A DNA stretch of 64,000 nt from Candidatus Marinacidobacterales bacterium (lineage in GTDB: Bacteria > Acidobacteriota > Vicinamibacteria > Marinacidobacterales > DATDRI01), in the NCBI GenBank assembly GCA_965219415.1, contig CBDCNP010000002.1, positions 896,001 through 960,000 of the forward strand. The letters are read 5' to 3'. The translations under genes and the position numbers were made by a program. Below are positions 9,585 through 18,075 of the stretch, piece after piece (position 1 is the first letter of the stretch; each line of letters starts with the position of its first letter). The notes beneath the pieces are model-generated. The model saw nothing but the letters and a program-made list of their open reading frames with translations. It was not told the origin of the DNA and made no database searches.

Positions 9585-10418
9585 CTAAGCGGCGAGCGCC
9601 GCGAGAGCCTCCGGATTCCGAATCACGACGCGGCCGTCGACTAGCAGGACAAGTCCGCTCCTCTTTAGCTCAGACAACGTGATGTTCACCATCTCCCGGC
9701 TCATCCCGACAAGGTTGCCGAGCACCGACTGGGAAAGTTTCATGGGAAGTAGGATTCCTCGAGCGTCGTGAATCTCGTGGGTCTTGCCCAGCTGCAGCAG
9801 CAGCTCGGCAAGTCGCTGAGGTGCCTTCTTGTACGCGATGTCGAGAAGGCGTCTTTCGAGCAGGCTTTGCCGGTGCCCCAGGAGCTGCGCGAGCTTCAAT
9901 GCAACCTCGGACCTTTTCGTCAGGAGGGCGCGGAAACGGCTTGCTCGGACGACCCAAACGGCGGCACGCTCGAGCGCCTCGGTAAACGTTTCGCGTGGTT
10001 CCGAACGGAGAACCCCAGTCACCCCGAACAGGTGGCCGGCCCCCAGGATGTCGAGAATGAGCTCCTTGCCGTGTGTGGATAATCGGAAGACCTTGACCCT
10101 CCCTGAGGCCAAGAAGAAGGCGGCGTTGGAAGCGTCACCCGGTAAGTACAAGAACTCTCCCTCCTGGAAGACGCGCAGAAACGCTGCGCGCTCGATCTCG
10201 GCAAGATCAGCTGCGTCGAGACCTTCCATCAGGGCGAACTCACTCAAGCGTCTAGCACCTCTAGGATTCCCAGGCTCTCTGCAGTGAGGACCGCCACCAG
10301 CCACGGCGATGCCGGGCTGTACGCCGTCATGTTCGTTGTCGACGGTCGTTGTTAGGGAACGCCGGGACGATTCCATTAATCGTCGCTGCGACCTGCTTTT
10401 ATGATTGTCTGTAGTCAT
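9585..10418 (-). CDS. Crp/Fnr family transcriptional regulator (true start probably downstream, ~10250-10310)
   Basis: cNMP-binding region (SGRVKVFRLSTHGKELILDILGAGHLFG) and HTH LSQSVLGNLVGMSREMVNITL. Confidence 0.9.
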   Translation of the reverse strand: MTTDNHKSRSQRRLMESSRRSLTTTVDNEHDGVQPGIAVAGGGPHCREPGNPRGARRLSEFALMEGLDAADLAEIERAAFLRVFQEGEFLYLPGDASNAAFFLASGRVKVFRLSTHGKELILDILGAGHLFGVTGVLRSEPRETFTEALERAAVWVVRASRFRALLTKRSEVALKLAQLLGHRQSLLERRLLDIAYKKAPQRLAELLLQLGKTHEIHDARGILLPMKLSQSVLGNLVGMSREMVNITLSELKRSGLVLLVDGRVVIRNPEALAALAA

Positions 10419-11115
10419 TCGTTTTTGTCGGACTTATCCGAACTTCCCCTGAGCTCGATGACGAGTCGCACCAAGGCATCGGCGGCCAGTCCCAAGCCGA
10501 ACCGAGTGAGTGTCTCCTTGGCGCCGCGATCTTCGCCCGCGTGCCAGAGGTTCGCCAGGCCAGAGGCGGCCGCGAGCCCGCCAAGGTTCGACACGTTCAT
10601 CGTCACGCCGCCGCTACCAGAGCGTACGCCGACACTCGAAGCCACGGCATGGCCCGCGCGTTTCCAGAAACCGCCATGCGATAGAGGTTGATGGCGCGGA
10701 TCCTGATTCAAGAGGCTCGCGAGCGCGAACGTGCCCCACCAGGTCTTTGGAGGCCCAGAACGCCGTGTGGCTTCCGAATCTCTTGAGGTAGCCATCGAAG
10801 CCGTTTCCATAGCCGCGCTGCAACGGCGAGTCTGTGGCTTGAGAAAGACCTGCAGTGACAGCGGTCCCCACGAGCCTTTCTTTCGAAAAGATCCGCTGCT
10901 GTGCCAAATGGAGCTTGTCACTGGAGTCGAATGGCTGCGGTGCTTGGACTGTCGAGTCATCATCCGCGTGGGGCTCCGATGGTTCGAAAACGAACAACGA
11001 CCGATCGGGCAGGGTGAAGGACCACCCAGCGGGTTCGGCCGCCCCAACCGGCTGGGACATCAGGAACATCGACGTGACCAGGAGAACCGAGTACGAGAAC
11101 GCGGGTCTGGAGCAT
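10415..11115 (-). CDS. Hypothetical exported/membrane protein (about two frameshifts)
   Basis: Joined frames: signal-like N-terminus, AGLSQATDSP..GYGNGFDGYLKRFG, ASLLNQDPRH, NVSNLGG..AASGLANLW. Confidence 0.6.
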
Positions 11116-11216
11116 CCGCTGTTTCGATCGACGGCTGAACATCATGTGTAACCCTCCTTTGTCCATCTCCACTCGTGGAAAACGGCGCCACCTCGACGGC
11201 GCCTCTCGAGAAAAAG

Positions 11217-11242
11217 AACAGCGGCTCCGGCGAGAAAGTTCC
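11217..11242 (-). promoter_or_regulatory. Putative ECF (SigH/SigR-type) promoter
   Basis: Minus strand GGAACTTTCTCGCCGGAGCCGCTGTT = GGAAC-N18-GTT, ~100 nt upstream of ATG 11115. Confidence 0.55.
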
Positions 11243-11343
11243 CGACTCGCGCAACAGAATCGACCAAATTGTGAGTCGTTTCTGCGACGGTTCGCTCGAT
11301 TCTCGGACGGTGCGGGTTTCGAAGTTCTAGGCCTAACGCCATA

Positions 11344-11945
11344 ATGGCCGCCGCAGACGGCTCACTCATGAACAGCTCGGACGATCGGCGATCGCAGTTT
11401 GAGGCGGAGGCGCTCCCTCACATGAGGGCGGTTCACGCGGCGGCCTTCCGTTTGAGCGTCGATGCAGACGTGGCGAAAGACTTGACCCAGGAAGCCTACT
11501 TACGCGCCTACCGTACGTTCGATAACTTCGAGCAGGGAACTAATTGCAGGGCCTGGTTGTTAAAGATCGTGTACACGGTTTTTGTGAATCGCTACCACAA
11601 GAATCGCCGCGAGCTCAACAAGTGTCCCTGGACGAGCGCTTTCATCATGCAGTGGCGAGTGGAACCGGGACCGAGCACGTCGAGTTGGAGAGCACGCGGG
11701 CTAGGCTTGTAGGCGCGAGCCCCGACGTGGATGACGCGCTAGCCGCGCTTCCCGAAGCGTTTCGAAGCACCATCGTGCTCGTCGACATCGAAGGGTTGTC
11801 CTATGAGGAGGCGGCGTCGGTTCTCGACGTTCCCGTGGGGACCGTCCGCTCGCGCCTCTATCGAGCGCGAAAAACGTTGTATGTGTCTCTATTGGAATTT
11901 GCCCGCGATCGCGGTTACTTAGACGAACGGTTTACAAAGGGATGA
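11344..11945 (+). CDS. ECF sigma-70 factor, SigH/SigR-like (frameshift near 11615)
   Basis: Region 2 FEAEALPHM...AKDLTQEAYLRAYRTFDNFEQGTNCRAWLLKI; region 4 LSYEEAASVLDVPVGTVRSRLYRAR. Confidence 0.9.
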
Positions 11946-12745
11946 ACGCGACAGAGCACGACGGCGAGAAACTCCAGGCCCTCCTCGATGGGCGTCTATC
12001 GGCGGACGAGCGCGCGCGTGTCGACGCACATGTCCAGGCTTGCTCGACCTGCCAGAAGGAACTGCGAGCGTTGAAATGGGTCAAGTCTGTCGCCGCTGGC
12101 GCCCCAGAAATCCCTTTGCCGAGCGAGCTTCCCGAAACGCTGAGACGCGCGCTCGACCTCGAGGACCGTCGCGATCCAGCCGCAGAAACGAGCCTGGGCG
12201 GTCTCAAACTGTGGGCCGTCGGTTGGCGTCTGGCGGCATCTGTGGTCGTTGCGCTGGGCGCGGTCGTCACGACCGTCATCATGCTTGCCAAACTGGACGC
12301 CCCCGAATTGGCGGCAAGCGACTTCCTAGCGGTCCAATCGGGAGAGTTGGAACTTCAAATGAGAACGGTCGACGGTCCGCAACTCGAGCGCTTCTTCGGA
12401 GAGCGCAACATCTCTTTTCCGACGCGCGTGTTCGACCTGGCGATGATGAACTATCACGTGACGGGCGGTCGCGTACACGCTATGGCCGGGGGCCCGAGCG
12501 CGCTCTTTGCTTACGAGGGCGAAACTGGAACGCTCGTGGTCTGCCAGATGTACGAGGGACATGTGGAAGGGCTTCCGGAGGGCGCAGAGCTCCACGTCCA
12601 CGAGGACATTCGTTTCTACGTTTTTCGAGAGGAAGCACTCACCGTGGTCTTCTGGCAGGAAGGCGACGTCACGTGCGTCATGACTTCGGATATCGACTCA
12701 GAGGCATTGATTCAGCTCGCTTTCGCAAAAGCCATCAAGGTCTGA
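11942..12745 (+). CDS. Zinc-binding anti-sigma factor (zf-HC2), membrane-anchored
   Basis: HVQACSTC (HxxxCxxC), one TM segment, ATGA overlap with the sigma gene. Confidence 0.88.
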   Translation: MNATEHDGEKLQALLDGRLSADERARVDAHVQACSTCQKELRALKWVKSVAAGAPEIPLPSELPETLRRALDLEDRRDPAAETSLGGLKLWAVGWRLAASVVVALGAVVTTVIMLAKLDAPELAASDFLAVQSGELELQMRTVDGPQLERFFGERNISFPTRVFDLAMMNYHVTGGRVHAMAGGPSALFAYEGETGTLVVCQMYEGHVEGLPEGAELHVHEDIRFYVFREEALTVVFWQEGDVTCVMTSDIDSEALIQLAFAKAIKV

Positions 12746-12828
12746 GAGGCGTCGCGAGACGGCCCAAGGCGGAAATCGCGGCGTTCCCTTTCTAGGGAGC
12801 GCTCGCAGCTTATCGCGCGTAGGGATCC

Positions 12829-12991
12829 TGTTCGGCCCTTCACCGCTGTACGCGGCGGCTACTATGGCCTCGGCTGATTTCTGCCCATCCTTCGCCACGC
12901 CTCTCAGCTTCGCTAGCCCTTGCGGCGCACCTCCTAGTCACTTCCCGCTTCGCTTTCGCTCCGCGCTTGACAGCGCCAGGCCCTGGCGCAC
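12829..12991 (-). mobile_element. Group IIC intron remnant (5' end, partial DII, DIII; no RT ORF, no DV/DVI seen)
   Basis: Minus strand starts GTGCGCCAGGGCCTGGCGC immediately after a terminator U-tract; contains GCAGAAATCAGCCGAGGCCATAGTAG...GAAGGGCCGAAC, the typical DIII signature. Confidence 0.75.
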
Positions 12992-13023
12992 AAAACAAAG
13001 AGGCGGGCATTCCTGCCCGCCTC
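12992..13023 (-). terminator. Rho-independent terminator of 13051..13368
   Basis: GAGGCGGGCA-GGAA-TGCCCGCCTC then TTTGTTTT on the minus strand. Confidence 0.85.
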
Positions 13024-13050
13024 GAGCAAGAAAATACGGCCTGCCAGTCT

Positions 13051-13368
13051 CTAGTCCTTTGTCACCTCGAACAGCGATTTCAGGGCCACCACCAGAACCG
13101 CGGGAGAAATAAACGTGACCATATTCGCAAGGATGCGGGTTAGGCCTCCACCCACGTATGGAAGCGAGTGAATCGCGGAAGCCGAGAGAATGAGGCCGAT
13201 TGCCGCGAGGAGAAAGCCCCGGGTCTCTTTCGAAGTGACGTTCAAGAACCCAACGACGAGGCCGAGAATTGCCAGGGCCCAAACCACCCAGGTTGCCTCG
13301 AAACCGAGGCCGGCTATCACGGCAAGGGCGAGACCGGCAATGAATGCATACTTTCCTGCTTGATCCAT
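13051..13368 (-). CDS. Small integral membrane protein (about 4 TM), unknown function
   Basis: 105 aa hydrophobic ORF with LGLVVGFLNVT.KET..FL motif, RBS AAGGAGGGAG and its own terminator. Confidence 0.85.
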   Translation of the reverse strand: MDQAGKYAFIAGLALAVIAGLGFEATWVVWALAILGLVVGFLNVTSKETRGFLLAAIGLILSASAIHSLPYVGGGLTRILANMVTFISPAVLVVALKSLFEVTKD

Positions 13369-13461
13369 GGTATGACTCCCTCCTTTTGGTAATGAAGCAA
13401 CGATAAAATAACCGAGAGATGGTATGATTTTTGACTATTCCAAGGCCGACCAGGCGTCCGA

Positions 13462-13486
13462 GGAATCCCTCCCGGTTGCGGGAGTT
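13462..13486 (+). promoter_or_regulatory. Putative ECF promoter upstream of proline dehydrogenase
   Basis: GGAATCCCTCCCGGTTGCGGGAGTT = GGAAT-N17-GTT, 45 nt before ATG 13532. Confidence 0.45.
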
Positions 13487-13531
13487 CTATCAGTCTCCGG
13501 CCGGCCTGGCAAGTCCGCCGAGTCGTAGCTC

Positions 13532-14434
13532 ATGAGTCTCCTCGATCGCCTCATCGCTTCTTCCCTGCCCTTCGTCCCGAAACCGATAGTGGGGCATTTC
13601 GCTCGTTCTTACATCGCGGGTGAAACACTCGAAGACCAGGTACGCGTAGTTCGCTCCTTGAACAGCGAGGGCTTCATGGCGGCGAGCGGCATACTGGGTG
13701 AGTTCGTGGAGCACCGCGAAGAAGCGGAAGCTGCTGTCAAGGACTACGAGAGTGCTCTGATCCGGATCGGCCAAGACAAGCTGGATAGCAATATCCACGT
13801 CAAGCCGACTCACCTCGGGCTCAAGATCGACAAAGAGTTCTGCTACCAGAATATCCGCAGCCTGGTCGCCTTGGCGCGTGAGCACTCGAACTTCGTCCGC
13901 ATCGATATGGAGGACTCGGGCTGCACCGACGAAACGCTCGAGATCTTCCTCCGGCTCCGCGAGGAGTTCGACAACGTGGGGGCAGTCCTTCAAGCCTACA
14001 TGAGACGCAGCCTGGTGGATGCGCGGCGGCTCGCCAAAGTGAAGGCCAATGTTCGTGTCTGCAAGGGCATCTACATCGAGCCGCACGAGATCGCGTATCA
14101 AGACAAGGAGCTGGTGCGGTCGAACTTCACGTACCTGCTGGAGGAGCTCTTGGGTGCGGGCTGCTACGTCGGTATCGCTACTCACGACGAGAGGATGGTC
14201 TGGGAAGGCTTCCGCATCGTCGACCGTCTCGGCCTCGATACTTCACAGTACGAGTTTCAAATGTTGCTCGGAGTAGAAGCACCCTTGCGCCGGATCATTC
14301 GGGATGCGGGACACCGGCTTCGGGTGGCGGTCCCGTTCGGCCCGGCGTGGTATCCGTACTCTCTGAGGCGATTTCGAGAGAACCCGACCATCGCCGGCTA
14401 CGTCTTCAAGGCCCTGCTAAGCAGGTCCAAGTAA
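13532..14434 (+). CDS. Proline dehydrogenase (monofunctional)
   Basis: YIAGET, VKPTHLGL, RIDMED, VLQAYMRRS, RVCKGIY.E, IATHD, EFQMLLG, RRFRENP motifs. Confidence 0.95.
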   Translation: MSLLDRLIASSLPFVPKPIVGHFARSYIAGETLEDQVRVVRSLNSEGFMAASGILGEFVEHREEAEAAVKDYESALIRIGQDKLDSNIHVKPTHLGLKIDKEFCYQNIRSLVALAREHSNFVRIDMEDSGCTDETLEIFLRLREEFDNVGAVLQAYMRRSLVDARRLAKVKANVRVCKGIYIEPHEIAYQDKELVRSNFTYLLEELLGAGCYVGIATHDERMVWEGFRIVDRLGLDTSQYEFQMLLGVEAPLRRIIRDAGHRLRVAVPFGPAWYPYSLRRFRENPTIAGYVFKALLSRSK

Positions 14435-14437
14435 GGC

Positions 14438-17400
14438 CTACTTGCAGGGGAGGAACCGGACCGTAGTCTCCATCTCCTCAAGCACGTGTGCCAACGCCGA
14501 TATCGTCTGGTCGATGTCTTCTTCCTTCGCGCCGTGAGATAAAGACAGCCTTACCGCGCAGTGCGCCTCCTCCTCGGTTCGTCCCATTGCCATCAGCACA
14601 TGAGTCGGTTTGGGAGAGCCCGATTTGCATGCGGAGCCCGATGATAACGAGATCCCGTGTTGGTCGAGCGCCACCACCAGCGATTCACCGCGTAACCCCG
14701 GCAGGGTCAAGTTGAGAGTGTTGGGAAGCCGGTTGTCGGTAGGGCCGTTCAGTCGAGCCTTCGGCACTAGTCTTCTGATACCTGCCTCCAGTTTATCTCT
14801 CAGAACCGTGAGGTTGTCGCCGTCCTTGACGGCCTGAAGGGCGAGCTCCGCTGCCTTGCCCAATCCCACGATCGCCGGCACGTTCTCGGTCCCCGCCCGG
14901 ATACCATTCTCCTGCTTGCCACCGTGGATGAGCGGCTCGAGGCGGACGCCGGTCTTGACGTAGAGCACACCAATACCCTTGGGCCCATGGAACTTGTGAC
15001 CCGACAGGCTGAGCATGTCCACGTCGAGATCCTCCACATCGACCTTGATCTTTCCGACCGCCTGAACAGCGTCGGTGTGGAACAAAACGCCCCGCTCGTG
15101 CGCGATGGCACACAACTCTTTGATCGGAAGAATCGTCCCCACCTCGTTGTTGGCCATCATGATGGAGACGAGAACGGTGTCGTCTCGGATGGCTTCCTTC
15201 AGTTCCTCAGGAGCCAGCCAGCCGTCTTCGTCAACGTTCAGGTACGTGACTTCGTAGCCGAGTCTCTCCAAGAAGCTACCGGCCCCCAGAATGGCAGGAT
15301 GCTCGATCGAGGTGGTCACGATGTGCTTGCCCTTGTCCTGATGCGCGAAGGCAACGCCCTTGAACGCCAGGTTGTCCGCTTCCGATCCCCCGCCGGTGAA
15401 TATGATCCTCCGCGGCCGGGTGTTGATGAGCTTGGCCACTTGACGGCGTGCATTATCGACCGCTTCCCGGGCATCCCGACCCACCCCGTGGATGCTCGAA
15501 GGGTTGCCAAGGACCGCCTCCAAGAAAGGAAGCATGGCTTCGCGCACTTCATCGGCGACCCGGGTGGTCGCGTTATTGTCGAGATAGATTCTCTTCTGCG
15601 GTTTCTTCCTTTCTTGGGGCGAAAAGAGTTGCGGTTCGCAAACGCTTCCCGAGCGCACCGCGGTGCGTCGCGTCGCCTCGGTACCCTCTTCGGTTCGAAC
15701 CACCTCACAAAGAAGCGCTTTATAGACCGGAAACCCGGAGATCTCGTCATAGTTTGTTAGGTCCGTCAGCTCGTTGACGTTCCACTCCTGCCATGCCTTG
15801 GGACCCACTGGTCCGCCGCCGCCCATGTTGCACTCGACGGCGCCCTTCACGATGTCTTGGGTGACCCGAGCCCGGAACGGAACGGCCCCTCGAGGGGTTC
15901 GCACTTCCACGAGATCGCCGGTCTTGATGCCCCGCTCCTCCGCATCCTCGAGGTTGATTTCCACGGTGGGCTCGGGGTTGTCCTTTGCCAATCCGTCGAC
16001 CCCATGGTGCTGGGAGCGAAAATCGGTATGAGGGCGGGCACCAGAGTTGAAAACGAGGGGGAAGCTCGCTGCCACATCGGGACTGGCCAGCGGTCCTTCC
16101 TTCGGCTCGACGTACTTTGGTAGCGGTTCGTACCCGTAGTCCTCGAGGACCGTGGACCAGATCTCGAACTTACCTGTCGGAGTATCGAAACCCGGCTTCC
16201 CGTCGTTTCGAAGAGCCCCTTTCTCCCATTTCTTGTACTCCACCATCGCGGTGGGGATCTTGACCGACCCCCCCTTGGCCTTGACCTCCTCGAGAGTATG
16301 ACCCGACCCTTCGAGGGCGAGGCGGATCATCTCCTCTTCGGTCTGAGGGTAGAGATGCCCGTAGCCTAGCCGCTCAGCCAGCTCCGCCATGATCAGATAG
16401 TCGTTGCGAGATTCCCCGACGGGGTCGATCACTTTCTCTCTCAGCTTGAAGATGGGACCGTAGGTCATGTAGGAGTCGATCTCGAACATCGTGGTCGCGG
16501 GAAGCACAACATCTGCGTACGCGGAGTCGGCAGTGAGCTGGCGGTCGATGCACGCCACGAAGTCCAGCTTCGAAAGCATCTCCCGCCAGGTCGTCGTCTC
16601 GGGCCAGGAAGTCAGGAGCGACGCGCCATGAATAAGTAGACCTCGAATGCGATAAGGCTCTCCCTTCAAAACGGCGTCCAAAAGCCCGCTGGCGTGGGAC
16701 TCCTCGCGATAATGTGTGTAGATGGGAAACTTATCCCGTGCCACCGCCAGATCGGTGTCCGGGTTTTCTTGATTCGCAGACCGGTTGATGGGGAAATGGC
16801 TATCGAGCATGCCGAGCCCGATGCCACCGGGAACATCTAGTTGACCGGCCAGGGCGAACAATGTGTGTACTGCACGAATCGCCTGGATTCCAGTGTTGGA
16901 ATACTCGAGTCCGGTGTACATCACCGGGCAGGCCCCCGTCGCGTAATTCAGTCGTCGCGCCAGCTCCCGGATCGTCTCCGCCGGAACGCCGGTGATGGAT
17001 TCTGCGACCTCGGGACGGAAGTGCTGTACGTAGGTCTTCAGCTCTTCGAACCCGTGACACCAATTCTCGGCGAAATCCTCGTCGTAGAGTTCCTCGTCGA
17101 TCATGACCTCGATCATGCTAAGAGCCAGAGCGCCGTCGGTACCAGGGCGGATCGGAATCCACCTGGCGTTGGTACGCGTTGCGGTCTCGGTGTTGCGCGG
17201 ATCGATGACCACGATCTCTGCCCCACGCTTCGCCGCGGCTTCCAGTCGGTGCATGTCGAGGGGAGGAGAATCGGTAGCCGGGTTAGCCCCACACACGATC
17301 AACATCTCGGCATTTTCCATGTCGGTAAACATGTTGACGAGCATGCGTCCCATGGTGACGTGAGGAGCGATAATGGCGAAGGACACGTAGCAGAGTGCTC

Positions 17401-17878
17401 CGACTCCCATCGTGTTCGGGGAACCGAAGGGGAACAAAACACTGGAGGCGGAGGACACACCAACCCCTTTGGGTTGGAACGTGTCGCAAAGGGATAATTC
17501 GAATGAGCCGCGACCGGTGTAGACTGCGACCGCCTCTGGGCCTGATTCTTCTTTGATCTGGGTTAGGTTCTTGGTGATGAGGTCGTAGGCTTCGTCCCAG
17601 GTGATGCGCTCGAACTCATGGCTGCCCTTGGGGCCTACGCGCCGCATGGGGTATTTGAGGCGGTTTTCGGAGTAGATGATCTCGGGAGAATGCTGACCCC
17701 GACGACAAATCATTCCGAGGGGATGGGAGGCGTCCTGCTTGATATTCACCAACTTCCCGTCGTCTAGACCCACTTCCACCCAGCAGCCGGCTGGACAGAT
17801 TCCGCAGATGGCGCTTTTCCACTTAAGCTCCTTCTTCTGTTGTTCGATTGGATCTAGGACGGTTTCACTTTGACTCAT
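14438..17878 (-). CDS. Molybdopterin (bis-MGD) oxidoreductase fused to IscS/NifS-type cysteine desulfurase
   Basis: N-terminal CGICPAGC...CRRG 4Fe-4S motif, NRLKYP, ADVVLPA, C-terminal MGD-binding domain (FRSQHH); then IYLDNNATT, GNPSS, HTDAVQ, SGHK (PLP Lys), SSGSAC (catalytic Cys), all in one uninterrupted frame. Confidence 0.92.
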   Translation of the reverse strand: MSQSETVLDPIEQQKKELKWKSAICGICPAGCWVEVGLDDGKLVNIKQDASHPLGMICRRGQHSPEIIYSENRLKYPMRRVGPKGSHEFERITWDEAYDLITKNLTQIKEESGPEAVAVYTGRGSFELSLCDTFQPKGVGVSSASSVLFPFGSPNTMGVGALCYVSFAIIAPHVTMGRMLVNMFTDMENAEMLIVCGANPATDSPPLDMHRLEAAAKRGAEIVVIDPRNTETATRTNARWIPIRPGTDGALALSMIEVMIDEELYDEDFAENWCHGFEELKTYVQHFRPEVAESITGVPAETIRELARRLNYATGACPVMYTGLEYSNTGIQAIRAVHTLFALAGQLDVPGGIGLGMLDSHFPINRSANQENPDTDLAVARDKFPIYTHYREESHASGLLDAVLKGEPYRIRGLLIHGASLLTSWPETTTWREMLSKLDFVACIDRQLTADSAYADVVLPATTMFEIDSYMTYGPIFKLREKVIDPVGESRNDYLIMAELAERLGYGHLYPQTEEEMIRLALEGSGHTLEEVKAKGGSVKIPTAMVEYKKWEKGALRNDGKPGFDTPTGKFEIWSTVLEDYGYEPLPKYVEPKEGPLASPDVAASFPLVFNSGARPHTDFRSQHHGVDGLAKDNPEPTVEINLEDAEERGIKTGDLVEVRTPRGAVPFRARVTQDIVKGAVECNMGGGGPVGPKAWQEWNVNELTDLTNYDEISGFPVYKALLCEVVRTEEGTEATRRTAVRSGSVCEPQLFSPQERKKPQKRIYLDNNATTRVADEVREAMLPFLEAVLGNPSSIHGVGRDAREAVDNARRQVAKLINTRPRRIIFTGGGSEADNLAFKGVAFAHQDKGKHIVTTSIEHPAILGAGSFLERLGYEVTYLNVDEDGWLAPEELKEAIRDDTVLVSIMMANNEVGTILPIKELCAIAHERGVLFHTDAVQAVGKIKVDVEDLDVDMLSLSGHKFHGPKGIGVLYVKTGVRLEPLIHGGKQENGIRAGTENVPAIVGLGKAAELALQAVKDGDNLTVLRDKLEAGIRRLVPKARLNGPTDNRLPNTLNLTLPGLRGESLVVALDQHGISLSSGSACKSGSPKPTHVLMAMGRTEEEAHCAVRLSLSHGAKEEDIDQTISALAHVLEEMETTVRFLPCK

Positions 17879-18075
17879 GGAAATCCCCTCGATGCGACGG
17901 CGAGGCCGCCGCACGGCCGCTTGTTTCTTCGATTAGGTAAATTCAATGTCTCGTTTTCGTACCGCGAAAATTCAAAGCCGTCTAACCTAGGCGATCGTAA
18001 TTGGAAACGATGAGCGACGCAAGTGGGTTGAGTGACTCGCACTCATATTCAATTTCGGCGATACTTCAGCCGATC

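Noticed and set aside
12829-12991. Functional group II intron, retron or DGR
   Set aside because: No reverse transcriptase anywhere in the window and no catalytic domain V seen. The diverged patches elsewhere show third-position rather than adenine-specific changes.
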